A stretch of 48,066 bases of DNA, from positions 1-48,066 of IMG/VR virus record IMGVR_UViG_3300031857_000325, one strand, 5' to 3'. A program made the position numbers and the translations under genes. Within the stretch, counting starts at the first letter, position 1, and each line of letters starts with the position of its first letter. The notes below the pieces were generated by a model. That model was not told the origin of the DNA. It did not search any database and was given only the letters and a program-made list of their open reading frames with translations. Positions 37,738 to 46,684 of this stretch are shown here, piece by piece. Source of the stretch: a virus (taxonomy: Duplodnaviria > Caudoviricetes).

Positions 37738-40700
37738 ATGGCTTGTAGTATATTAAGAAATAGTGAAACTAATGAAATAGAAAAAGTAATAGCTCCTAAT
37801 GGTAAGGAGTCTATACTTTATTCTAATATTCTAAATGTAATAGAAAATAAAGAAGAAGCTTTAAAAGCTTGGGCACAAGTTTACACGCCTTCTTTTAAAG
37901 CATGGTTTGGTGATTGGGAAAAAGAAGAAGGCTCTAAAGTTGTAGACTCTAATGGAGAACCTTTATTAGTATATCATGGTACTGGTAATAAGTTTGATGA
38001 ATTTGATAAAGCTTTAAGAGGAGAAACTACAGGAAGATCTACTACAGGAGAATTTGATTCTGAAAATGCTTTTTTCTTTTCTAATAATGAGAATGTCTCT
38101 TTTAATTATGCTATAATGGCTAGACAAAAAGAATTAGAATTTATTGCTAGTTCTCTTATTGATTTAAGATCTAGTTTTATTAGTTCAGAAAAAAAACAAG
38201 AAATCTATAATAATTTAAGAAAAGAATCTCCAAAGTTTGCTAGTTATATAGATGGTTTAAAATCTAAAGGGTTAAACCAACAACAAATTATGGAAAAAGT
38301 AACAGAACTTTCTATAAAGTATTCTAATTTAAATAGAGAGTATAGTAAAGGAGGGTCTATAAGTAATCCTAGACGTTATTATAGAAATGTAAAAGAACAT
38401 GTCTCTAGATTGATTGAAAATAAAGAAAATATATTACGAGGAAATTATGATGTAAAAAGTATATATGATGATAAAACATTAAGAACTACAGATAAAAATA
38501 ATAAAAATTTAGCTATTTATGATGATGGGCTTATTATTTTTAATGAGGAGGCTTTTCCAGAAATATCAAGTTTACAAAGAAAAAAAATTACCGAATTATC
38601 CTCTAGTGAGTTTGACAAGTTGATGGATGCTTTTTTAAAAACAGTTAAACAAGGTGAAGAAAAAATTGCAGAGGATTTAAAAAAAGGAGGATTTACTCCT
38701 GAAATAATGCCTGTTTTTTTAAATGCTAGAAATGTTGTTAAAAAAGATTTTGAAGGCGAACCTTTTGTTATGCAAATAGATGGAAAAGGTGCAGCAAATG
38801 AAGCTTCTAAATTAACTTTAAAAGCTAAAGAAGAAGGTAAAGATGGTGTAATATTTGAAAATATTAAAGACCCAGAACTTGCTAATAATTATGGCGTGTT
38901 TGAACCTAATCAAATTAAATCACTTTATAATAAAGGACAGTTTTCAGAAAAAACAAGTAATATTTATAATCAAGTTGAAAGTGTTCCTGCTTCAAGAGCT
39001 TCAAAAGAAACAATAGAGAAAGTTAAGAAGTTAATAGAAAACACTGGTGTTAGTATTTCTACATTACAAGATTATCTAAAAGGGAATCCAGATGTAAATG
39101 CTAAAGGAGTGGCAGGTCTTGCTGATCTTGTACAAGGAATTATTGCTATTGCTGAAGGTAAAGAAGATGTAGCTTTAACAGAAGAATACGTTCACGTAGC
39201 TACAGCTATATTAGAACAAGTGAATCCTCAATTAATTACAAATCTTATTGGTAAAATATCTCAATATAAAATATACAATATTGTATTAGAGAAATATAAA
39301 ACTAAAAAAGAATACCAACTTCCTAATGGTAAACCAGATATTCGTAAAATCAAGAAAGAAGCTGTAGATAAACTTATAGCAGAGATGATTATTAACATGT
39401 CTGAAGGCTCTACAGAGTTTCCTGAATTAATGGAAAGAGAAAAAAGAAACATTGTACAACAAATGTGGGATGCTATTCTTGATGCTATTAGAGTGTTTTA
39501 TAAAAAAGGAAATGTTAATTTATTTGAAGAAACAGCTCAAAGAATATCTGAAGGTAATTTAGGAGCTGGTGTAGAAGTTTTAACTGGAGAAGGGGGTGTG
39601 TTCTTTCAATTAGAAAAAAATGAACAGGTAGATTCTGCATTCAATAAGTTTAAAGACATGAATGACAGAATGAACTTTGTTGATGCTACAGAAACAGAGA
39701 AAAGACATTACACATTTGATGGAGAAAAACTTGATAAAACTGTAACAACATTAAAAGGTCCAAAGAATATAGAACAAACACCTGATAATATTGCTAAAAA
39801 GGAATGGGGAACAGAAGGACATAATTATTTAGAACAATACATTCGTACAAATCTTATTGATGAAAATGGATACGCTCTTCCTTTAGAACAAAGAAAAAAT
39901 ATAGAAATAGATAGTCCTATTAAACAAGAAGTTAAAAAAGCTATTAGAACATTTGCTGATGAGTTAATTTCTTCTTATAAACCTGGTACAAGATTTTTAA
40001 TTGAAACCATGGTGGCTAATTTGCAAACAAAAGAAAAGATTGGTTCTAGAATAGATTTCATGGCTTTTGAACCAATAGAAAATAGTAAAGGAGAACCAGA
40101 TGTTAGAATTGATATATTAGATTGGAAGTTTGCTGGTTTTAATACAGAAAAAAATAAAGATGTTCCTATATATAATCAGAAAGATTGGAAGGAACAAATG
40201 GGTGAATATTCTAAAATGGCATATAATTTAGGAATAGAAAGAAATCAATTAAGAAAAACTAGAATGATTCCTTTTGTTCTAAATTATAGATATGCTATTA
40301 AAGGAGATAAAGCATCTGGTCTTTACCCAAGTTCTGTTGAAATAGGTAAACTTGACACTACACAAGAAACAAATGTTTATTTACTTCCTGTAGCAACTGA
40401 TTTTGAATCTACAGGAAATGAAAAGGTAGATGGGTTATTGGCATCTTTAAGAAGATTGTACGATAAAATGTATATAGGATATGTTGCTCCTGAAGAAAAG
40501 TTTACAAAAATTACAAAACTAGATCAGTTGAGTCTTGCTATAAGAAACTTACATTTAAAATTAAACTTCTTTCCTATTTATGATGTTGCTGTTTCATTTT
40601 TAAATGATGTAAAAAATACAATAAAAGAATTTGAAGGAGTGGATTATACAACTCTTTCAAAGGAAGAATTGACAGCAAAACTCCAAAAAATAGAAGAATA

Positions 40701-43581
40701 TCAAAGAAGTGCTAATAAGTTTATTGGACTTGATGAAGTTTATCTTTCACACATTTCTAAAGAAAACATGTCTTCTGAAGAAAAGAAATTGTTAGATAAT
40801 TTTGGTAGAATAACTGTTTCTACAAAAAGAGCTTTAGAAGAAATGTTAGAACTACAGAAAGCTTATGTTGTACAATATGCAATAAAAGAAGGAATAGCTG
40901 AAACACCTGAAGATGTTTTACAAGCTGAAAGAGTTGTATCTAGTCTTGATAGAAACTTTTTAGAAACATCAAAACTTGCTCCTGCAATTATTAAATTAGC
41001 TGCTAAAGTTTATTTAAAAGCAAAGAGTGTTCTTAATATTAATTTTAGTAAAGCTGCTAATGATTATTCTAAAATACTAATTCCTTTAGAAGAAGAAGCA
41101 AGATCAAAAGGAAAATCTGCTTTTGAGATGATTGGTAGAGTTACAGATAAAGGACTTAGACTTATTAAAAAATTAGATTCTGAATTCTTAAAACAAATAA
41201 AAGAAGCTAAAGAAAAAGAAAATAAACAATTCTTATTAGATAATCTAGATGTTGAAAAATATAAATCATTAGTAGATCCTATTATTGAAAAAACACTTAA
41301 TGATTTAGATAGAACTCAATTCTCTTTAAACGAAGAAGAAGATGCTCAAAAAAGAGAATGGAGAAAACAACAAATAAAAAATACATTAGACATAACTTCT
41401 AAAACATTTGATGGGTATAAAAACTACACATTTGATAGTTATTATAAACAAGCAATGATAGAAGAAGGACATTATTCTAAAGATTATTTAGAAATGAGTA
41501 AAAGTGAGAATGCTTTAAGAATGTGGCAATTCTTTACAGCTCTAAATCAAAAAGCATATAAATTAGGATATTTAGATAAACAAGGACTTTCTTTTTTCCC
41601 ATTAGTAGAAGCTACCACTCTTCAAAAAATGTCACAAAGCGGAAACATTCTTAAAGAATCAAAAGATTTCTTTAAAGATATGTATAGCATCAATCCAAAT
41701 GAAGAGCAATTGTTTGCTAAAACAGATGATGAAACAGGAGAGTTAAAAAGAATGATTCCTAAATATTTTACAAGAACAAACAAAGATGTTAATCAGTTAT
41801 CTACAGATCTTAATAGAGTGGGACTTATATGGATTAAATCTCTAATGGAATATGAAACTACAAAAGAGTTAGAATATCCTTTATTGACAATGCACTCTGT
41901 TGAGCAATCTAAAGGAACATTAATAACTGATAATAAAGGAGATGTTATATTTGAAGGAAGTAAAGCTAAAGAAAGAGAAGAAAATGAAAATGCAATGTTT
42001 TTCCAATCTGTCCTTGATGATTACTTATATGGAATAACAGAAAATCTAAATTCTATGGGTAACATTTTAATGACATCAACAGCTGCAAAATTAAGCAAGA
42101 ATGAAGAAAAGTTAGAAGGAAATGTAATTTCTGCTAAGAAAGTGCTAAAAACTGGAGATACATATTTAAGAAGTCTTGCTCTTGGTTTAAAACCTTTATT
42201 AGGAATTGCTAACTTTGTTGGAGCAAACGTTCAATCTTTTATTTCTTCATCTGGAATTTATGGCAAAAGAGAATTTGTAAAAAATGTAGGTAGGGTGATT
42301 CTTCCTTTTGATAAAGGAATAAATCTTATTGAAAGAGCTTTAATTGATACATTAGTTCCATTAACAGGAGAAGATCCTTTAGTTATAAAACAAAGACTTA
42401 TTGCTGAGAAAAAATCTTATGCAAATTATTTATCTACATGGACTTTTTCAGATGTAATGATGACAACAAATTCATTTGGTGAAAAAAGAATTGAACTTGC
42501 TAACGCTCTTTCCATGATTGATAATGCAATTGTCATTAATGGAAAAATATTAAATATAAGACAATATTTAAAAGCAAAAGATAGAGAAGCTAAAAAAGGA
42601 ATGACATTTGAAGAAAGAAGAGCTTTAGAAAAATCTTTTGATCAAAGAGTTAAGGAATTACAACAAGGAGATAATACATTAAAGAAACTTTCTAAAATGG
42701 TGAATGATGAGCTAGTTATTGAAGGAGTTTCTGTTGAAGAATTAGCTAAGTTTAGAATGTCTGTAATAGATAATTCTAGAAACATAACTGGACAAATGAG
42801 TTATGAAGATAAAATGGGATTCAGAAGAGACACTCTTTTTAATTCATTTATGATGTTCAAGGGATGGATTCCTAAACAATTATCTGTTAGATATAAAGAC
42901 ATAACTAAAAACACAGCAACAGACGAATGGGAATATGGAAGATTTAGAGCTTTCTTTTCTACATTAAGACACATTGGAATCAAGAATATTACAGATCTTA
43001 GAGATATAACATTAGGAACTGATAAAGGATTGGCTTTGATTAATGAAATGTTAGAAAAAAAGAAAAGATTATATTTCTTAAAAACAGGAAAAGAATTAAA
43101 AATAACTCCTGAAGAATATCAAGATTTAATAAGAGCACAAGTTACTAATATGTATAAAGAACTTGCTCTTATTGTTGGTATAATTGGATTATTAATCACT
43201 GCTAAGATTATTGCTCCTGATGATGATGAAGATGATCTTACTAAAAATAGATATAAGTATTTTGCAAAAGCTGTTAATAAAATTTCAGATGAGCTTTTAT
43301 TCTATGTAAATCCTGCTTCTGCAGATGAAATGACAAGAGGATCTATTATTCCTTCTTTAGGAATATTAAGTAAAGTTGGAAGTTTATTAAAAGCACTACT
43401 TAAAGAAGTTTATTATACAGCTAGCGATGATGATAAAGCTGATAAAACTTACCCATTAAAATACTTCATTAATTTAATTCCTATAGGATCTCAAACATTA
43501 AACGAAGCTCTACCTTTAGTTAATCCAGAACTTGCAAAAGAAATGGGAGTTAGGGTGACATCAGAATCAAGAAGAAAATAA
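37738..43581 (+). CDS. Large putative ejection protein with N-terminal ART-like (polyvalent type) and PD-(D/E)XK-like domains
   Basis: FKAWFGDW...GEPLLVYHGT...FFFS...MPVFLNARN...DGVIF...FEPNQIKS; later GTEGH...RIDF...ILDWK...QMGEY. Confidence 0.7.
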   Translation: MACSILRNSETNEIEKVIAPNGKESILYSNILNVIENKEEALKAWAQVYTPSFKAWFGDWEKEEGSKVVDSNGEPLLVYHGTGNKFDEFDKALRGETTGRSTTGEFDSENAFFFSNNENVSFNYAIMARQKELEFIASSLIDLRSSFISSEKKQEIYNNLRKESPKFASYIDGLKSKGLNQQQIMEKVTELSIKYSNLNREYSKGGSISNPRRYYRNVKEHVSRLIENKENILRGNYDVKSIYDDKTLRTTDKNNKNLAIYDDGLIIFNEEAFPEISSLQRKKITELSSSEFDKLMDAFLKTVKQGEEKIAEDLKKGGFTPEIMPVFLNARNVVKKDFEGEPFVMQIDGKGAANEASKLTLKAKEEGKDGVIFENIKDPELANNYGVFEPNQIKSLYNKGQFSEKTSNIYNQVESVPASRASKETIEKVKKLIENTGVSISTLQDYLKGNPDVNAKGVAGLADLVQGIIAIAEGKEDVALTEEYVHVATAILEQVNPQLITNLIGKISQYKIYNIVLEKYKTKKEYQLPNGKPDIRKIKKEAVDKLIAEMIINMSEGSTEFPELMEREKRNIVQQMWDAILDAIRVFYKKGNVNLFEETAQRISEGNLGAGVEVLTGEGGVFFQLEKNEQVDSAFNKFKDMNDRMNFVDATETEKRHYTFDGEKLDKTVTTLKGPKNIEQTPDNIAKKEWGTEGHNYLEQYIRTNLIDENGYALPLEQRKNIEIDSPIKQEVKKAIRTFADELISSYKPGTRFLIETMVANLQTKEKIGSRIDFMAFEPIENSKGEPDVRIDILDWKFAGFNTEKNKDVPIYNQKDWKEQMGEYSKMAYNLGIERNQLRKTRMIPFVLNYRYAIKGDKASGLYPSSVEIGKLDTTQETNVYLLPVATDFESTGNEKVDGLLASLRRLYDKMYIGYVAPEEKFTKITKLDQLSLAIRNLHLKLNFFPIYDVAVSFLNDVKNTIKEFEGVDYTTLSKEELTAKLQKIEEYQRSANKFIGLDEVYLSHISKENMSSEEKKLLDNFGRITVSTKRALEEMLELQKAYVVQYAIKEGIAETPEDVLQAERVVSSLDRNFLETSKLAPAIIKLAAKVYLKAKSVLNINFSKAANDYSKILIPLEEEARSKGKSAFEMIGRVTDKGLRLIKKLDSEFLKQIKEAKEKENKQFLLDNLDVEKYKSLVDPIIEKTLNDLDRTQFSLNEEEDAQKREWRKQQIKNTLDITSKTFDGYKNYTFDSYYKQAMIEEGHYSKDYLEMSKSENALRMWQFFTALNQKAYKLGYLDKQGLSFFPLVEATTLQKMSQSGNILKESKDFFKDMYSINPNEEQLFAKTDDETGELKRMIPKYFTRTNKDVNQLSTDLNRVGLIWIKSLMEYETTKELEYPLLTMHSVEQSKGTLITDNKGDVIFEGSKAKEREENENAMFFQSVLDDYLYGITENLNSMGNILMTSTAAKLSKNEEKLEGNVISAKKVLKTGDTYLRSLALGLKPLLGIANFVGANVQSFISSSGIYGKREFVKNVGRVILPFDKGINLIERALIDTLVPLTGEDPLVIKQRLIAEKKSYANYLSTWTFSDVMMTTNSFGEKRIELANALSMIDNAIVINGKILNIRQYLKAKDREAKKGMTFEERRALEKSFDQRVKELQQGDNTLKKLSKMVNDELVIEGVSVEELAKFRMSVIDNSRNITGQMSYEDKMGFRRDTLFNSFMMFKGWIPKQLSVRYKDITKNTATDEWEYGRFRAFFSTLRHIGIKNITDLRDITLGTDKGLALINEMLEKKKRLYFLKTGKELKITPEEYQDLIRAQVTNMYKELALIVGIIGLLITAKIIAPDDDEDDLTKNRYKYFAKAVNKISDELLFYVNPASADEMTRGSIIPSLGILSKVGSLLKALLKEVYYTASDDDKADKTYPLKYFINLIPIGSQTLNEALPLVNPELAKEMGVRVTSESRRK

Positions 43582-43613
43582 TTATTCAAAACAACTTATA
43601 AATTTTTTTAAAC

Positions 43614-44006
43614 ATGAGAACAGCTGAAATTTGCCCAACGTGTGCTACATATGAAAATGCTTTATGCATTATATATGATGGGCCCTATCTATCTAATATA
43701 GATGCAGATCCTTTAGATGATTTACCAACAATATTAGGTAAGATAAATACTAACTTAGTTACAACAGTTGGTTTATCTGCTCCTATTACATCAGCAGGTT
43801 ATAGAGGTAAAACCTATCTTAACACAACTACTAATTTATTTTACATTGCTAAGTCCTCTGGATCTGGTGCTTCAGATTGGTTAATGCTACCAACCATACC
43901 TTCTACAGGAGTTCCTGAATATGCCAATAATGGTGCAGCAATATTAGCTGGATTACAAGTTGGTCAATTTTATAGAACAGGAGATATTCTAAAAGTTGTA
44001 CATTAA
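43614..44006 (+). CDS. Small fibre-like virion protein with the shared Cys/YxGP N-terminal domain
   Basis: CPTC...CIIYDGPYL..I...D.L..IL.K resembles the N-termini of ORFs 221, 1394 and 1949; C-terminal YANNGAAILAGL.VGQFYRTG. Confidence 0.6.
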   Translation: MRTAEICPTCATYENALCIIYDGPYLSNIDADPLDDLPTILGKINTNLVTTVGLSAPITSAGYRGKTYLNTTTNLFYIAKSSGSGASDWLMLPTIPSTGVPEYANNGAAILAGLQVGQFYRTGDILKVVH

Positions 44007-44078
44007 AATATTTTATTGTTTTTGCTATATTATGTCAATAATATAACTATAACATTTTATATTTCCAAATAAACAATT

Positions 44079-44086
44079 TACATTTG
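44079..44086 (+). promoter_or_regulatory. Candidate -7 promoter element for the lysis cassette
   Basis: TACATTTG (TAnnTTTG) in the intergenic gap; the -33 position has only TTTT (44055-44058). Confidence 0.5.
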
Positions 44087-44161
44087 TTATTTAATTAAAT
44101 ACACCAAAACCCAATCATTATGCATTGGGTATTTGTGTTTATTAATAAATCATTTAAAAAC

Positions 44162-44479
44162 ATGGCTCAAGCATTTGAACAACAAGTAGAAAAAGAATTA
44201 AAAAGCATGGATCAACGCCTACATGATCTAGAGGAGAAAATGACCTCTATAGATACAAAACTAACACAAGTTGTAGATGCGATATTGGGAAACTCACTAA
44301 CAAAAACTGGTGGGTTTGTTGCAGAGATAACTGATCTAAAAGAAAAAATAAAAGAATTAGAAGCTAAGCTTCAGAAACAAGAAGAGTTTAAAAAGAGATT
44401 TACCTGGACTGTAGGTATAATCATAGGGGTAGGTGTCTTGTTACAATACTTAACCACACTATATAGAAACATCAAATAA
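44162..44479 (+). CDS. Coiled-coil protein with a single C-terminal TM helix (holin/antiholin- or XhlA-like)
   Basis: Start reassigned from 44120 to the ATG at 44162 (A-rich context TTTAAAAACATG); coiled coil then FTWTVGIIIGVGVLLQYL; first gene of the lysis cassette. Confidence 0.6.
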   Translation: MAQAFEQQVEKELKSMDQRLHDLEEKMTSIDTKLTQVVDAILGNSLTKTGGFVAEITDLKEKIKELEAKLQKQEEFKKRFTWTVGIIIGVGVLLQYLTTLYRNIK

Positions 44480-44482
44480 TTT

Positions 44483-45229
44483 ATGAAAAATTTGTCAAAA
44501 GAAGAGCTATTGAGTAGACTCGAAGCAATTAATAGGAGTAATGCTATTATTTACTTTGATCTTGACGGTTATATTCTGGGTATGAATTCTATATTTTTAG
44601 TAACAATGGGTTATGAAGATGGAGACCACAAACAACTTATTGGAAAACATCATAGTATTTTTGTTAGTTATGAATATTCAAAATCAGATGAATACAAAAA
44701 GTTTTGGGAAACATTAAAAGATGGGAAGTTCTTTGAAGGTGAGTTTGAAAGAAAAAAAATAGATGGTAGTCCTATCTATTTACAAGCAACTTACAATCCT
44801 ATTTTTGATGAAAACAATAATATAACAAAAATAATGAAGATTGCTACTGACATTACTGAAACAGTAAATAGTAAAAATAAGGTAGATGCTCTCTCAAAAG
44901 ATTTGCAGATTGAATTAGAGAAGTCAGAACAACTAAAAAATGCAATCGAGAAAGAGAAAGATGCTGCTTTAAATGACTTAGATGTAATCATAAAAAAAGG
45001 TCAAAGCGAGTTAATAAAAGTGATTGTTAAATGTGCTTTGGCAGTTATAATAGGTGTTGGAATTGTAACCACTTTATTATATTGGGCAGCTATTATAACA
45101 AATAAAGAAACTCAAATAATTGGTTCAACTTGGAGTAATATGTTTAGTGTTTTATTAACAAATGCATTTTCAATAGTTGGTACAATTATGGGTATTAAAT
45201 ATGCTACACAAGAAAGTAATAATAAATAA
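44483..45229 (+). CDS. PAS-domain membrane protein (PAS - coiled coil - 2 TM)
   Basis: AINRSNAIIYFDLDG.I...N..F...MGY...LIGKHHSIFV...EYKKFWETL..G.FF.GEFER....G..IYLQATYNPIFD.....KIMKIATDITE is a complete chemoreceptor-type PAS/PAC; two hydrophobic helices at the C-terminus. Confidence 0.9.
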   Translation: MKNLSKEELLSRLEAINRSNAIIYFDLDGYILGMNSIFLVTMGYEDGDHKQLIGKHHSIFVSYEYSKSDEYKKFWETLKDGKFFEGEFERKKIDGSPIYLQATYNPIFDENNNITKIMKIATDITETVNSKNKVDALSKDLQIELEKSEQLKNAIEKEKDAALNDLDVIIKKGQSELIKVIVKCALAVIIGVGIVTTLLYWAAIITNKETQIIGSTWSNMFSVLLTNAFSIVGTIMGIKYATQESNNK

Positions 45230-45236
45230 AATAATT

Positions 45237-45491
45237 ATGGGATTTTGGAAAGAATTAATTAGTGATGACAATAACATAAATGAAAAATCATTCGTTGGTG
45301 TTATTTCTTTTTTCATGATGGTACTTGCATTTTTTGTAGATATAGTTACAGGAATATGGGGTGTCAAATTAGTAGTTGAAGAATTTATTTTCAACGGTTT
45401 TTTAATGCTAACATCAGTGGCTTTTGGTATAGCTACAGCAGGTAAAATTTTTAATAAAAATAAAAAACAACAAGAAGATGCAACTGAGTAA
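45237..45491 (+). CDS. Putative class II holin (2 TM)
   Basis: Start reassigned from 45177 to the ATG at 45237, just after the upstream stop; 84 aa, two TM segments, charged C-terminus; overlaps the endolysin start. Confidence 0.65.
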   Translation: MGFWKELISDDNNINEKSFVGVISFFMMVLAFFVDIVTGIWGVKLVVEEFIFNGFLMLTSVAFGIATAGKIFNKNKKQQEDATE

Positions 45492-45945
45492 ACACTTATC
45501 ACTTGCTGAAGTTACAAGAAGTGAAACAGCAAAAAGAAATGGTATTAGTAATATGCCAACTGAAGAGCATGTAAAGAATTTCAAATTACTTGCTGAAAAG
45601 ATATTTGAACCAATTAGAGAACACTTTAAAGTGCCTATCCATATATCAAGTGGATATAGAAGCAAGGCTCTTAATACTGCTATCAAAGGAAGTTTGTCTT
45701 CTCAGCATTGTTCTGGTGAAGCGATTGATATTGATATGGATGGTAGTACAAATGGGGTTACTAATAAAATGGTGTTTGATTACATCAAGGACAACCTAAA
45801 TTTTGATCAACTTATTTATGAGTTTGGAAATGCTAACAATCCTGATTGGGTTCATGTATCATACGAATCAACTGGTAAACAACGTAAGCAAGTTTTGAAA
45901 GCTATCAAACAAGGTGGAAAAACAACTTATGCTCCTTATAAATAA
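45478..45945 (+). CDS. Endolysin, peptidase M15 (Zn D-Ala-D-Ala peptidase fold)
   Basis: SSGYRS..LN, SQHCSGEAID (SxHxxxxAxD) and WVHVSY provide the H/D/H zinc ligands. Confidence 0.88.
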   Translation: MQLSKHLSLAEVTRSETAKRNGISNMPTEEHVKNFKLLAEKIFEPIREHFKVPIHISSGYRSKALNTAIKGSLSSQHCSGEAIDIDMDGSTNGVTNKMVFDYIKDNLNFDQLIYEFGNANNPDWVHVSYESTGKQRKQVLKAIKQGGKTTYAPYK

Positions 45946-45951
45946 TAACAA

Positions 45952-46089
45952 ATGGCAAAAGTAACCAACACAGTAGAAAAAGTAGCTAAACCAAAGGTTA
46001 ATCGCCCAGGGGTGCATGCTAAATCTCAAACATCAAGTTTGAAGACTAGTAAAAATTACAAAAAACTTTATAGAGGTCAGGGTAGATAA
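45952..46089 (+). CDS. Small basic protein (45 aa; absent from the ORF track)
   Basis: MAKVTNTVEKVAKPKVNRPGVHAKSQTSSLKTSKNYKKLYRGQGR; fills the gap exactly and its stop overlaps the next ATG (TAATG). Confidence 0.75.
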   Translation: MAKVTNTVEKVAKPKVNRPGVHAKSQTSSLKTSKNYKKLYRGQGR

Positions 46090-46388
46090 TGGAAAGAATA
46101 TATCAAGGAGAAATAAGACTAGATGGTAGTACAACTATTGAAGCAGTTGATAATGTTATTGTAATTAATTCAATTATTATAAATAACTTATCAAGTGATT
46201 ATTATTTTATATTGTACAGAAGATCTTCTGATTCTCCTAATAATATTGTTCCTTTGTATAAGTTCAATTTAGAACTTGGTGATATAATTAGAGATTCTGA
46301 AACTTACACATTAAATCCTGGTGATTCATTGTTATTAATAACAAATGTTAATAGAACAACGTATTATGTAAGTACTACAGAACAATGA
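46089..46388 (+). CDS. Hypothetical beta-rich protein, probably structural
   Basis: 99 aa; coupled to both neighbours; I..IIINN...Y.LNPGD.L pattern. Confidence 0.6.
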   Translation: MERIYQGEIRLDGSTTIEAVDNVIVINSIIINNLSSDYYFILYRRSSDSPNNIVPLYKFNLELGDIIRDSETYTLNPGDSLLLITNVNRTTYYVSTTEQ

Positions 46389-46672
46389 TACAAATAATAA
46401 ATAAAAACGGTGAAAATTTATCTGAACTAGGAGAGTTAGTTGTTATAGATAAAAATGGTTTTATTAAAACTGTAGGAGGAGGAAGTGGTCCAACAACAGG
46501 ATATATTAGAAGAAACTCTATGTTTTCTAATATTAATTATTGTGGATTTGCTCCAACAGGTTCATTAGAAACTGATGCTGTATGGACAGTGACAAAAATC
46601 ACTGTAGCTTTAAATGGAACTGTAACAACACAAGTCTTTAATAATGTAACTTGGACATCTGTCCCAATTTAA
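46385..46672 (+). CDS. Hypothetical virion-associated protein
   Basis: 95 aa; ATGA overlap; GGGSG linker then a YCGFAP.GS.ETDAVW..TKI module. Confidence 0.6.
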   Translation: MIQIINKNGENLSELGELVVIDKNGFIKTVGGGSGPTTGYIRRNSMFSNINYCGFAPTGSLETDAVWTVTKITVALNGTVTTQVFNNVTWTSVPI

Positions 46673-46684
46673 AAATAAAATAAT

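Noticed and set aside
44120-44161. Upstream starts given in the track for 44120..44479 and 45177..45491
   Set aside because: Downstream ATGs at 44162 and 45237 have better A-rich contexts; 45237 also avoids a 53-nt overlap with the PAS gene.
44483-45229. Calling the PAS gene a host chemotaxis receptor or an assembly chimera
   Set aside because: No MCP signalling domain; AT-rich codon style and 3-7 nt spacing match the phage neighbours.
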